62,551 nt of DNA from Octopus bimaculoides (taxonomy: Eukaryota), in contig NC_068982.1 in assembly GCF_001194135.2 (NCBI RefSeq), positions 91,066,232-91,128,782 on the forward strand. Reading direction: 5' to 3'. Numbering within the stretch: position 1 is the first letter of the stretch; every line of letters begins with the position of its first letter. Below, piece after piece: positions 24,860-37,974 of this stretch. The position numbers were made by a program, and so were the translations under genes. A model generated the notes under the pieces. That model saw only the letters and a list, made by a program, of their open reading frames with translations, searched no databases and was not told the DNA's origin.

Positions 24860-24944
24860 TTTTACGGAGTTAACTGTGGCGCCTATATCTACTACAATTG
24901 TATAGTAGCAAGTTTAGATTGGCGCCACAGTAAACTCCGTGAAA
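24860..24944. repeat. 85-bp hairpin-forming inverted repeat
   Basis: Arms 24860-24883 and 24921-24944 match 22/24 (one mismatch is G-U compatible); inner stem CTACTA/TAGTAG. Confidence 0.85.
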
Positions 24945-25619
24945 TAACACATTTCTATGCATAAGCACTCATTCTGCAACACAAGATTCATGCGCTCCAC
25001 TTCCTTAATTGAATACATCTCTAATTCAGACGTTCATAATATAAACTATATATATAGACATATAAAGGCTAGCTGAGTATCCCGTCGTTTTCGGACAGTT
25101 TTTACAATAGAATGCTTTCATTTCATGTCTTTTTTTTATTCCATATCAAGCCATGTTTTCAACGGATATGCGTCTTGATCAGGACAGATTTCTGCATTAT
25201 TTGAAGCAATTTATAATGTATATATATACACTAAGTTTTTGTATTTTCTATCTGGTGCATAGATGTAAAGATTTTTCTTAGCTTGCTGCTGATGCTTTGC
25301 AAGGGTCTTTCGACTCTGTCGCTCGAACAAAATTCCTTACACGCGTGCATACACACACACTGACACACGCACGCACACGCGCGCACATACACACATACAC
25401 ACACACACACAAACACGAGCATTCACGCACACACAGCGTGAGCGGTATACATACGCAAGGAAAATGTGATAGAAAGTGTAATAAATATAGGAAGGGGAAA
25501 ATTTACAATGAGAAAAGCGTAAATGACAGAGACAGACAAAGGGAGATCTTTTCTGTTGCTGTCACAGATTTTAAAGTTTTAGAATTAAGTGAAAATTTTC
25601 AAATTTAGCATATCGATGT

Positions 25620-26370
25620 ACTTTTTCACGCTAAATATGATTTTGAAATACATTTATTCCAGAAACAATTTTTAAAAAATGCTACAGAGATTTAAATTCT
25701 GATAATTTTTACTCAACCAGAAAGCAGGATTTGGAAGCAAGCATTTTGTGCGCGATAGCTGTCTATCACAATGTGAAAGTAGAAACATAACATCTACGAA
25801 GTTGTAAACAAATTGAAGGCAATTACATATGTCAAGAGAGAGGGGAAAGCAGCATGTGTGAGAGATATACGTACAGAAAGAGAGAAAGAATGCTATATAT
25901 ATATATAGGGTTTTAGGGTTAGGGTTAGGATTACGGTCAGGGTTAGGGTTGAGTATTTTTGCCAAATTTGATGAAAAATTTGTGGCGGTGTATTGAACAG
26001 ATTTTCACCAAATTTGGCAAAAATATTCATAACCCTAACCCTAACTCTAAAACCCGAACCTTAACTCTAAACCTCTAAAGCTAAAACCAGTAGAAACGCA
26101 CGAACGATGTCATAAATAACAGTACCGCCGATAGTTGTTGTTGACAAACAACGGCACTAATTTTATTCCAGGGAAAAGATCTCATTACACCGCCACAACG
26201 TGTTGTTGACAATTCACAGGAGTAATTGTTTTCACCCCAGTAGACGTCAGTGATTGGTTGAAATTGTTAACTTGCTGTACTTAAATAGTGTCTTTCAGTA
26301 AACATAAATTTGGGTGAGATAAACTCCTCATTAAGCTGCATTACATTAGATACGCAACACCATAACGATC
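25620..26370. mobile_element. Second telomere-repeat-containing foldback-like element (boundaries approximate)
   Basis: Degenerate (TTAGGG)n at 25908-25950 and (CCCTAA)n at 26030-26075 flank a 27-bp inverted repeat (25951-25977/26002-26028, 25/27). The 23 bp at 26243-26265 are identical to the reverse complement of 9123-9145. 26270-26365 recurs inverted at 34126-34222. Confidence 0.65.
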
Positions 26371-26596
26371 GTGAGTACAACAGCCTAACCACTAGGCCAT
26401 ATATGGGTGTGTGCGTGTGTGTGTGTGTGTGTATGTGTGTGTGCGTGTGTGTGGGAGTGTGTGTATGTATGTGCTTGTGTGTATGTATGTGCTTGTGTGT
26501 ATGCGCGCATTGATGTATGCCCTTATAAGTATTGTTGTCTATGTGTGCATGAAACCAATCCCTGCTTGTATACACACGCGCGCGCACACACACACA

Positions 26597-26637
<41 letters not shown>

Positions 26638-28044
26638 CCACACATATATATGCATGTGTGCGGGCGCAGACTGCATGGCTGAATGAATATGCATATATGT
26701 ATCTATGTTTGTGGTGAGCGACAAAGAGAGAAAGATTGAGACCGAGAGTGTTTGTATATCTATATGCTAGTTTACGTTTAAACAAGAAACCATAGATAAC
26801 CTGGAAAATGCAGAAGAAAATACATTCATCTATATTTCATCTGTATATAGATTCTTTTGCAAATTCAGAAAAGCAATATCTTTCCAGATCATTTGAAAAT
26901 TGTTGTGCAATCTTTATTTTAATTCCAGTCAGGGAATTTCTCTCTGTCTGTCTCTCTCTCTCTCTTTCTGTCTCTTAGTCTGTCTCTCTCTCTCTCTCTT
27001 TCTGTCTCTTAGTCTGTCTCTCTCTCTCTCTTTCTGTCTCTTAGTCTGTCTCTCTCTCTCTATATCTATCTCTCTCTCTCTATCTCTCTACCCCCCTCTC
27101 ACTCTCTCTGCCTCTCCCTCTTTACCTCCTACTCTCACCTCGCTGCCTATCGTACTTTTTATTTTATTTGTGTTCGTCATTCATGCTTTTGTTGTTGTCT
27201 TTGTTGTTGTGGTTGTTGTTGTAGGTTTTGTTACTTATGAATAGACACGACACCGTGAATTTAAAAGAGGCCGGCTTGGTGCGCTGTGTGGGTAGCAATG
27301 AAGTTCAGCTTCTTTTCTCCCCTTTTTTCTTATCTTTTAACCTTGATTTGTTCAAGCGTATCTGTGTCAACAGGCGTCGTAAAGCAGCACACACAAACAC
27401 CACATACACACACATACACACACACATACACACACATACACATACATACACACACACAAACACACACATATACAAACAAACACACGCACACACACACACA
27501 CACGCCAGCGCGCGCGCATTGAAGAAGCATTCAATGATCTGTGGACCGAAACTGAAAGACTTGAAGGGAGGGAGAGAGAGAGACAAGCGCACGAGAGAGA
27601 GGGGGATGAGAAATATGGAGAACAAGAGAGATTAGGAGAGAGTTTGAACGAGAGAGAAATACGGAAATTAAGAATGAGAGAGAGAGATAAGAGGAGAGAA
27701 ATACCAAGACTGCGATAGAGAGAGAGAGACAGAGAGAGAGATAGAGACAGAGAGAGAGAAAGACAGAGAGAGAGAAAGACAGAGAGAGACGTTTGGATAA
27801 AAGGTTTTATTTAGCGTTTCTAAAAGCTGTTTGATCATTTCAAGGGAATTACTGATTTAACAGAAAGGAAATTGATATAACCCGGAACAGAAGTCAGATC
27901 ACTCACTCGATAAGGCGGAAGGTTTCTTCTTGGGCTAAGCAAATAGATTCTTCGTTTTTATACACTTCCTCAGCAAGCAGTTTCAAATTTGAACCCAGAC
28001 AAGAAGTGCCTAACTACTTGCAACTTCCTTGATTTACCTTAAAT

Positions 28045-28389
28045 CATAGGTTCTCCACCACTTTTTATCTATGGACCCCGTTCATTATTATTTTATTCTG
28101 GTGAGCTCCCTTAGCCATTGGCTGTTTAAAAACTAGTTTATAGAAACTTCTTTCAAAATTACTGTTTTGTTCATCGCACATTTACTTGTACAGGTTAAAG
28201 TACGTAAAACGTTAGAGAAAGAAACCTAGCTGTTTCTTGCAATAAATACATCTATAGCAAAACATTTTCATGGATCCTTAAAATAATACAGTGGACCCAG
28301 TTTACTATTTTGCCAATGTAGACCCCAAAACCCCCAAAAATCTTATATTAGCCCCCAGGGGTCATATGGACACCAATTGGGAACCACTG
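28045..28389. mobile_element. hAT-type MITE relic
   Basis: The right end TTGGGAACCACTG (reverse complement CAGTGGTTCCCAA) is a typical hAT TIR; the left end CATAGGTTCTCCA is degenerate; no clear TSD. Confidence 0.4.
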
Positions 28390-28979
28390 TTCTCGATAGC
28401 AGTCCCAACTTCATTAAACCATCGATACTATTTTTAAAAACAAAGGAGCACTTAATAATGAAGTCATAGATACACTGAATCTAAATAACAGATAGTATTA
28501 CGATGACTTCGACACGTTTGATCATGGGTCTATTTGCTCAATGCTTACTCGGGGTTAAATAGCGGCAATAACGTAACAACTGAAAAGTGGTTCCCGGCGG
28601 GATGTTCAATCCAGAACGTTACCGTAGACTTAAATACTGCAAGACAATTTGTCTTAAGTTCTATTGACACAGTCATAAACATGTGTGTGTGCGTGTGTAT
28701 GCGTTTTTGCGTGTGTTTGTGTGTGCTTGTGTATGTGTATGTGTATGTATATGCGTGCGTGTGTGTGTGTATTATTTGTATGTATGCCATACACAGGACA
28801 GGCCAAAATAAGATGACTATTAATCACATGAAACCGCAGGTCTTATATCAGATGTGTCATTCGCCTCGAAGAAAATTGTAACAATATCTTGGAGCCCCTC
28901 ACTCCCAGTGGTTTTACTGCGCACTCTGACACCAACCAAGGCTTTTTCTGAGTCCTTGCGCTTAGATAACATGTAATTA

Positions 28980-29075
28980 CATATGTTTGTTGACCCATAT
29001 GTTTCTTGACCCATATGTTTCTTGACCCATATGTTTCTTGACCCATATGTTTCTTGACCCATATGTTTGTTGGCC
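28980..29075 (+). repeat. 16-bp minisatellite, 6 copies
   Basis: CATATGTTT(G/C)TTG(A/G)CC x6. Confidence 0.95.
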
Positions 29076-29554
29076 TTGATAGATGCTATAATGGAACTAT
29101 AATGGCTAAGAAGTGTTTCCAAACTCCTCAGAACCCTGGAAGTCCCAAACCTGAGCCCCACAGCCGGATTCAGTTTAACTTCATACTTCGAACACATCTT
29201 TCCAGGAGAGGGACACATTCGTGTAAAACTTGCGGTTTTACATAATTACTAATCGTCTAGCTTCGGCTTGTCACTAGATACTAATCACAACACTCAGATA
29301 GTTGTACTCGTGTTCTACAAGCGTTTATCATTATAATCCAATGATGTACAGATGTCTCTGTACGGTGACCTCATTTGTCATTTCATCTGCGAAAAATCCT
29401 ACGGCGATAAAAGAGTGGTGACGGGTGCAGACCTAACTTGCGTCTGTCATGGCGATCGACGCAGATACTGTTTCGAATAAACAATGTTATTCCTCTGTAC
29501 CAAACATAAGTGATTACTTGTTTTCGTTTAATTGCCTTTCGCACGATTATGCAA

Positions 29555-29585
<31 letters not shown>

Positions 29586-32082
29586 TAATCCGTTATATTG
29601 AACACTCAATATTTCATCTATTCAATAAGACATATTCCATATATTCAATAAGACATTCAGTACTTTATTTCATTGTATTATATATTATATTATATTATAT
29701 TATATATTGTATATTCCATATTCTATATCCCACATTNNNNNNNNNNNNNNNNNNNNNNNNNNNNNNNNNNNNNNNNNNNNNNNNNNNNNNNNNNNNNNNN
29801 NNNNNNNNNNNNNNNNNNNNNNNNNNNNNNNNNNNNNNNNNNNNNNNNNNNNNNNNNNNNNNNNNNNNNNNNNNNNNNNNNNNNNNNNNNNNNNNNNNNN
29901 NNNNNNNNNNNNNNNNNNNNNNNNNNNNNNNNNNNNNNNNNNNNNNNNNNNNNNNNNNNNNNNNNNNNNNNNNNNNNNNNNNNNNNNNNNNNNNNNNNNN
30001 NNNNNNNNNNNNNNNNNNNNNNNNNNNNNNNNNNNNNNNNNNNNNNNNNNNNNNNNNNNNNNNNNNNNNNNNNNNNNNNNNNNNNNNNNNNNNNNNNNNN
30101 NNNNNNNNNNNNNNNNNNNNNNNNNNNNNNNNNNNNNNNNNNNNNNNNNNNNNNNNNNNNNNNNNNNNNNNNNNNNNNNNNNNNNNNNNNNNNNNNNNNN
30201 NNNNNNNNNNNNNNNNNNNNNNNNNNNNNNNNNNNNNNNNNNNNNNNNNNNNNNNNNNNNNNNNNNNNNNNNNNNNNNNNNNNNNNNNNNNNNNNNNNNN
30301 NNNNNNNNNNNNNNNNNNNNNNNNNNNNNNNNNNNNNNNNNNNNNNNNNNNNNNNNNNNNNNNNNNNNNNNNNNNNNNNNNNNNNNNNNNNNNNNNNNNN
30401 NNNNNNNNNNNNNNNNNNNNNNNNNNNNNNNNNNNNNNNNNNNNNNNNNNNNNNNNNNNNNNNNNNNNNNNNNNNNNNNNNNNNNNNNNNNNNNNNNNNN
30501 NNNNNNNNNNNNNNNNNNNNNNNNNNNNNNNNNNNNNNNNNNNNNNNNNNNNNNNNNNNNNNNNNNNNNNNNNNNNNNNNNNNNNNNNNNNNNNNNNNNN
30601 NNNNNNNNNNNNNNNNNNNNNNNNNNNNNNNNNNNNNNNNNNNNNNNNNNNNNNNNNNNNNNNNNNNNNNNNNNNNNNNNNNNNNNNNNNNNNNNNNNNN
30701 NNNNNNNNNNNNNNNNNNTATATATATATAGTTAAAAAACACACAAAAAACAATAACAAAAAAACAACAAAGTGAGGACGTGATACGGATAGTGTTATTG
30801 GACGCTCGGGAAAGGAAAGAGAGAGTGTACATGTAGAGAGAGAGAGAGAGAGAGAGCAGCCGAATCGTAGCGTGTCAAACAAAAGGCTTAGTGGCTTTGC
30901 TTCTAATTCTTCATTTCATCAGGCAGTCTACGATTTTATTTCCACTCTGCCGATTTTCTTTTCTTTATATTTTGAAAGTAATCTTAACGGTTACTCACGC
31001 TGGTATAGCGTATTGAGTCTATCTGAAACGTTGTTAGTTTCCATCAGCGGAACAAACAATTCGTTCAATCAATCACGTCAAACTACCGCCGGAAAAAACA
31101 TTGCTAGTGGGAAGCCTCCATGGCAAAGACATTTCAAAGCTATAGTCCAGATCGGTACACAGAAAGTATTAGCGATAGTACTTTGGTCTAAGAAACTGTA
31201 TGTCTAACGAATGTTTTATTAGCTTAGTGCTGCGATCATATCTTCTTCTGGTCCAAAAGAAGTTAACAGAAGTTTATTCTAACGTAACTTTTTTTAATTG
31301 ATTAAACTGTACAGCCTCTAAAAATCTCCCATTACCCTATGACAGTAGTTCTCAAATTGACAAATAATGGTCCCCACCCCAGAAGAATACTTTGATCTCC
31401 ACCATTTTATCAATGGGAAGTCACCAGAAAGTTTGTGCCTATATAATTCCTCTTTCCTCACAACGTATTAGCCATTTTTAGAAAGCTTTAAACTATCTTT
31501 GCAGCATGAAACATGGCAATTTTCCCAGTCCCTGTTTAATTAATTCAGCCCATTTTGCTCTGTAGGAAAGATTACACTGCTCTATGGGGATCATAATTCA
31601 TCAATGGTTATTTAGATATCATAATTTTGAGTCAGAATAAACTGGGGATTTGTAACTTGGGTGGGTTTAAATAGTTCTAACTAGAATTAGAAGCCGGATC
31701 GCAGAATCAACTCATTAAGAACTTTTAATGCACGCCGAAACTAGAATTAATTAAATAGAAATCTGCCAGATTATTAGAAATATTGATTTCACATCAATGT
31801 CGAAAATGTTGTATAGATGTCTGACCCCATGACAGTCAAATGTTATCAAAGCGTCTTGTGTTTCATATGCCAAAGGGTAAAGTGTATCCTATTTCTATAA
31901 AATTGCTCAACGCATTTGTGGTATCAAATGAAACTGGTCTTTTCGTCTTACCAAACATTCAAAACATGTGATAGTTTAGAAACAGAACAGTGTAATTTAA
32001 TAAGTGGAACTCTAGGGATGATACTATGAAATCTCTGTGCTGGAAGTTATAATATCTTGGTACTAATATCTTGAGGCAAGCG

Positions 32083-32300
32083 AAGGTAACGAGCTGGCAC
32101 AATCATTACCGCGCCGGGCAAAATGCTTAGCGTTATTTCGTCTGTCTTCGTGTTCTGAGTTCAAATTCCGCCGAGGCCGACTTTGCGTTTCACCCTTTCG
32201 GGGTCGATAAAATAGGTACCAGTTAAATACTAGTGTCGATGTAATCGTCTTAAACCCACCCCCGAACTTGCTGGCCTTGTGCCAAAATTTGAAACCAATA
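32083..32300 (+). mobile_element. SINE family A, near full length
   Basis: GAGCTGGCACAATCATTACC...GTTCTGAGTTCAAATTCCGCCGAGGCCGACTTTG...GGCCTTGTGCCAAAATTTGAAACC. Confidence 0.85.
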
Positions 32301-34746
32301 CCTTGTGGCATGCAGTTTGTGTCGAATGTTTTAAAGCCAAGATTTATTGTTTTTTTTATACTAAGGTGTTGGTAGTAACAGTTTAGGGTTGTTATGCTGA
32401 TATTTTTGTGGCAATTATGAGCATTTTGTCTTGCTAGTTTTATGAAAATTTAGACAGTAGAAGTAAATGTAAATAATGTCAGTGATTAACTGGAATCTAT
32501 GAAGCGAAAATGTCGAAAAATAAGACTTGGAATTTGGATCAGATGGATAAAATCGATATTTTGCTTTGATTTCTGATTCTTACTGAATTTAGCAAGGGGA
32601 TGAAAGATAAAGCTTGTAATTCTTCTTTGCAAGGCCTCCAGAATTGCCAGAGGAAAGTGAGGAAGGAACTGTGACGAAACTATGACACATGCATTACCTC
32701 AGTAGGAAGCAGCATATCAGAAAATTTTGTTAGCCTGACATAGGTAACCTGGCTTAAAGGTTGAATCAAAATGGACTCCACTAAAAGAAATCACAAGTGT
32801 TGTTAGTGGAGAAAACTAATTTTTACATTATCAATGACGGCATGAACGTCACAACTTCGCTTTCTTGTTATTCACTTTAAAATACTGTGTCCTGTGTCAA
32901 GTAAGAATAAATCTCCATCGGAAACCTTATCAGAAAATAAGAGATTACAGATTATGTTTTGTTTACTAGAAAGAACAGTCTTTATAAAAACAAAGCAATA
33001 AATCACTCTGTAGACAAATTATACTGACAGTCCTTGACTATTTAAACAACAAACGCAATTTGTATATAGCTTAAACGTCTGGGTGGTTATGGTTTTGGAC
33101 TCACGATTTTCAGACTGTAGTGCATTGTGCCTTTAAGCAAGGTACTACATTTCATGTTGCTCCAGTTCTCTCAGCTGAAAAGAAGTATCAGCGGTAGGTT
33201 GGAGTAACTCTGCAACGGACTAGCATCGTGTCCAGGATGTGGTTCTTGTACTTTCAATTGTCTAAACGACTCGGAAATCCGGATAGGTTTTGGTTTAATG
33301 AGCATGTAGGCTTGAGCAAGGCTTTTTTAAAATGCCGAAACTCTGTGATATATATCTAGCTTTTTTATAAGATTATATTAACCGTAGAATTTCCGGAAAT
33401 AAGCGGCGACGTGGAAAATGTCTTTCAAATTTTTTTGTTTGCGTTTTAGATATTACATTTTTGTTTGTGAGTGTTTTTGAAATGTTTGAACGGTTTCACC
33501 GGTCGTTTCAAGGAGTGGTGGTAGAAACTGCCTCTTAAACAGCTATTACCTGAATATAATTTGAGCAATATCTTGTACAGCAAGTTTTGAACATTGCCCG
33601 ACTCTTTAAACACCTACCATAAAAGATATATTTGCTGGAGTTCATCCTTTCTTTAGCTGTGCTAACGAATTAAAGGGTGTCTTTTTATCTGGTTAGGAAG
33701 TTCAATCTGGAACAGATTTCACCCAAGAAGTAATTTGATCTCAACAGTATCGCCACAAACAACAGAAGCTACTTTTGCATCAATAAGGTACTTAATTAAA
33801 ACAATATGAAGCCGAACCATTGAAAATGAGTACTGTCTTTTAATAAGGACACAACAAAACACTAATGACGGACTAACAGCGCGCCAACTACTAGTAGAGA
33901 TATGAATTGGCTTTTATAAACATTTATATCGCTATTTTTTATTTCTCAACTTTCGGGAGATAATTCCAGTATGTGTTGCATCAAGTTTTCAAACGTTACA
34001 GGTGTTCTACGCATGATCTTAGGGAAATTGTACAACGTTATAGATTGTATAGGAAACTTAAAGTGCTGTCCAATGTCTATAAAATCCTTCCAAATTAGAT
34101 CCAGGTGTGATACATGAAAACTTCATTATGGTGTTGTGTATCTAATGTAATACAGCTTAATGAGGAGTTTATCTCACCCGAATTTATGTTTACTGAAAGA
34201 CACTGTTTAAATACAGCAAGCTAAAAAAATCAATCGTGAATTTTAAATACTCTTGATGCTTACATATCAAACTGATTTATTTAATCAAAATAAAGATTTG
34301 AAAATGACACATAGTAACGCTAGTGGCAGAATGTGAATCGACGTCTCAATAAGACCTGCATCTTTCTGTTTAATGGTAATAATTTTTAGAAACTTCTTTT
34401 GATTAGTTTCATACCAATATTTTTATAGTCGAATCAATTTGTCTCATTATATTACTGGTATTTATTTAATCATTCCTGACTGGATGTGAGCAAAGAATTC
34501 ATTTTGCCCCGAACCCCCACCAAAAGATGGCAGAACAAACAATTAAATTGTTTCTAAAAACACTCACTGGAAGGGGGTTTAAACTTTTGTTTCGTTCTCA
34601 GCTATAATTCATAATGATAAAAGAAGGGGTTGAGATGTTCATGGATTGCCTTGAAGCATGAATACTATTACTGAAGAGAAACTTGTTGAAAGTGGAAAAT
34701 GCGTCATTGATTTAATTCACTAATATGAGCCAATGTGTGAAGGCAT

Positions 34747-35068
34747 GAAGGTGCATGGCTTAGTGGTTAGGGTATTCGGCTCATCATCGTAAGGTCGTGA
34801 GTTCAATTTCCGGTAATGCGTTGTGTCCTTGAGCAAGACACTTTATTTCACGTCGCTCCAGTCCACTCAGCTGGCAAAAATGAGTAGTACCTGTATTTCA
34901 AAGGGCCAGCCGTGTCACATTCTGTGTCACGCTGAATCTCCATGAGAACTACGTTAAGAGTGCACGTGTCTGTGGAGTACTCAGCCACTTACACGCTAAA
35001 TTCACGAGCGAGCTGTTCCGTTGATCGGATCAACTGGAACCCTCGTCGTCGTAACCATTGGAGTGTCA
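34747..35068 (+). mobile_element. tRNA-headed SINE family B with a V/Meta-like central domain
   Basis: A-box-like TGGCTTAGTGGTTAG, B-box-like GTGAGTTCAATTTCC, then GTTGTGTCCTTGAGCAAGACACTTTATTTCACG; tail GGATCAACTGGAACCCTCGTCGTC. Confidence 0.85.
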
Positions 35069-35518
35069 GTATGTGCCAATGTGACAGTATCGGCACGGTC
35101 CAATGACGAGTGCCAATTGAGAAATCTCACGAATCAGTGGGGTGGAAAAACACAAGACAATGGGGAGCCAGACTCACAAGCCAGTGAAGACGATGGACCT
35201 GCTTGAAACAGCAACCACGACTCCCTCAAATTACACGTCATATAATAGAGTCTTGCTATACCATCATTTGACTGGTATTTTATTTAATGGATCCCGAAAG
35301 AGGAAAATCAAAGATGACCTCAGCTCGATTTGAATTCAGAACGTAAAGAGTCGGAACGTAACCCGGAAGCACTCGTCCGATGACCGGGTGAATCAACCAA
35401 CCAACACTCACAAGAGTGTTCATCATAAATCTATAAAGAATGTCGTTATTATTTTTTGGTGTTTTACATAGACACAAGAGTATATAATAATTTTTAAAAA
35501 GAAAGATTATGCGTTGCA

Positions 35519-35885
35519 TTAACCTCTCTGTATTCAAATTTTGGCACAAGGCCAGCAAGTTCGGGGGAAGTACTAAGTCGATTACATCGACCCCAGGACT
35601 CGACTGGTACTTATTTCATCGACCTCTGAAAGAATAAATGCATCGTCGACCTCGGCAGAATTTGAATTCAGAACGTAATGACAGACGAAGTGCTGCTAAG
35701 CATTTTGCCTGGCCTACTCACGATTCCGCCAGTTCGCCGCTTTAATTAACCTCTCTATACTGGTTTCAAATTTTGACACGCGAAATTCGAACTCAGAGCG
35801 TGAAGACAGATGAAAGGCTGCTTAAGCATTTTGCCCGGCGAGTTAATAATTGTGCCAGCTCGCCGCCCTAATTAACCTCTCTATA
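35519..35885 (-). mobile_element. Two SINE family A copies separated by three copies of one flank sequence
   Basis: SINEs at about 35530-35742 and 35770-35868; TTAACCTCTCT at 35519, 35746 and 35872. Confidence 0.8.
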
Positions 35886-37440
35886 TTACTAGTATATATT
35901 CTATCTACTCTAACTAGGGAGAAAATGAAAAGTCACCTCTGATAAGATTTGATCATGAAACTGAGCAGGTCCAAATCAAGCGTTGAAAAATATTTGGTCC
36001 GGTGCTCTCTTGGCTGGGTTAATTATACACAGCCCTACTAATCCTTAGATTATACCAACAGTCGCGCGTTTTATTGCATAAGATTTTAATGATACTAGAT
36101 TTCAAACAAGATAACAAAACGTCTGCTTCCGGTTGCTAATCTTATCCTAAGACTTCGTGTCGTAGAAGTCTTTTCATGTTGATTTATACTTTTCTTGTGG
36201 GTGATTTCATTTTCTGTAAAGATAACCTAAATATTTATATTTTAATGCGTTATTATAATAAACAGCTTTATAAGCTTTCTCTCTACCTGAAAGTTGTAAA
36301 ACAGCATTTAGGTTTTATTTTATATATTTTATTCTTTTCTTCGTATATCTCGAAGCAGAAATGTATTTCTATATGTTTTAATGTGTCTGAAGAGAAAAAT
36401 CATTATTTACAGTTTACAACGGCGTCTCGAATAAGAAAGTGGTTAGGTAAGAAGTTGAATTGAAAATTCGGAGCTTGAAGAAGAGTTGAAAGAGTGCCTC
36501 ATGAGATGACGGCCCTCCGAAGAAATGTTTCGTATTCAAAAACCATTTGAAAAATAGGATGCAACAAACAACTTCGAATAAAGAAGGCTAGCATTGCTAT
36601 CATTTTACAAGTTATATAAATCAAAATGCATAGGCCATTTGCAGCCTTATTAAATAAAGATTTTTGGAAATACCCAAACGAATGATCTTCTTACATTGAA
36701 AACAATGTCAGTTGTAAGCAACATTTCCCCAATAGACGTGTCTAGGTTGTCTTAGTCGGAATTGAGGACTAAACTAAATATATTTTGTGAATCAAAGGGG
36801 TGGCTAAGTCTGTTTGACATCATTGTTGATAATATGAAGATTCCAGAAAATATCGAACAAAATTAAAAGTACCAGGATATGTAGAAAAGTTAAGGGAGCT
36901 AATCCTTTAATCCCTTTTCCGAATCACAAGCATACGAAGGTTAAGGATTTTCTCCTGTTTTCGATAGCTGAGAGCCTGAATAAAACGCTGGCATGGTTAT
37001 TCCTACCATCAGCTCCAGCTGCGATCACGTGCTATGAAGGGAGCCGCCAAACGCATGATCGATCTGCCAGAAATATCAGCTAAGTCTTTCTCATATCATA
37101 CTGACATATTTCCCAAATCAAACTGTCCATCTTTGAAAATAAGAAGGTCACATTGGATAACATAGTTTTAGATAGACGAGAGGTTGCGTCTAAAATGCCC
37201 TAAATTATAGGTCTGCTCAGCCAGCACTGACTTGGAGCTAAACAACAACATGGAGGTATGCGGATTGTCTTCCTCACAGGCACATATGGCAGGATATGGC
37301 CCACCGAGTGCCGGACAGATTCTCCAGAAGTATATCCCCTCAACCATTTGCAGTGAAGACTATTCTTTAATACGGGAGATTTTCCCTGAGAAGCGGAGCT
37401 CTGTTCTGATTCTCTAAGAAAAATAATTGAAAACTAAAAA

Positions 37441-37880
37441 TATGGCTTTAGTGGTAAGAAGTTTGATTCCGAAACACATGGTTTTGGGTTCAGTCTCACT
37501 GCGTAGCTCTTTGGGCAAATGTCTTTTACTATAGTCTCGGGCCGAACAAAACATTCTGAGTGAATTTTGAATTCGGTAGAGCAAACTGAAAAAAAGCCCT
37601 ATGTATATGTGCGCGTGCGTGTATGTATGTATGCATGCATGTATGCTTGTATGTATGTATGTATGTATGTATGTATGCATGTATGTATGAGCGTGCGTGT
37701 GTGTCTTTGCAATTGTCCCCACATCATTTGATAGCTCGTGCTGATTTGTTTACGTCCCCATAACCTAGCGCTCGGCAAAAGAGACAGATTAAACAAGCAC
37801 CAGACATTGAAAAATAAAATAAGCAGTGGGGTCGATGTGTTCGACAAAAAAATCTTCAAGATGGTGCTCTAGTATTGCCA
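37441..37880 (+). mobile_element. tRNA-headed SINE family C with internal (TGTA)n
   Basis: TGGCTTTAGTGGTAAGAAG...GGTTCAGTCTCACTGCG...TTGGGCAAATGTCTTTTACTATAGTCTCGGGCCGAAC; inverse copy at 37975-38346. Confidence 0.8.
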
Positions 37881-37974
37881 CACTCCAGTAACTGAAACAA
37901 ATTAAAAATAAAAATAAAGCAATGAGGCAAAAAAGTTCTTAGGCCAATTCTACTGAAAAATGAAATATTCTTTT

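Noticed and set aside
25067-25100. Helitron-like 5' end (CTAGCTGAGTATCCCGTCGTT)
   Set aside because: No matching 3' hairpin/CTRR end could be assigned.
28980-29075. CRISPR-like array (also 16641-16757)
   Set aside because: The units are contiguous with no unique spacers, there are no cas genes, and the context is eukaryotic.
30872-31207. 111-aa ORF with a weak mariner-like KVLAIVLW segment
   Set aside because: The similarity is too slight to call.
34747-34830. tRNA genes at SINE heads (also 38270-38346, 43630, 54088)
   Set aside because: A/B-box-like motifs are present but no complete cloverleaf; they continue into shared SINE bodies.
36413-36446. 34-nt AG...GTAAGA micro-exon candidate
   Set aside because: Too short to support without transcript data; no homology signal.
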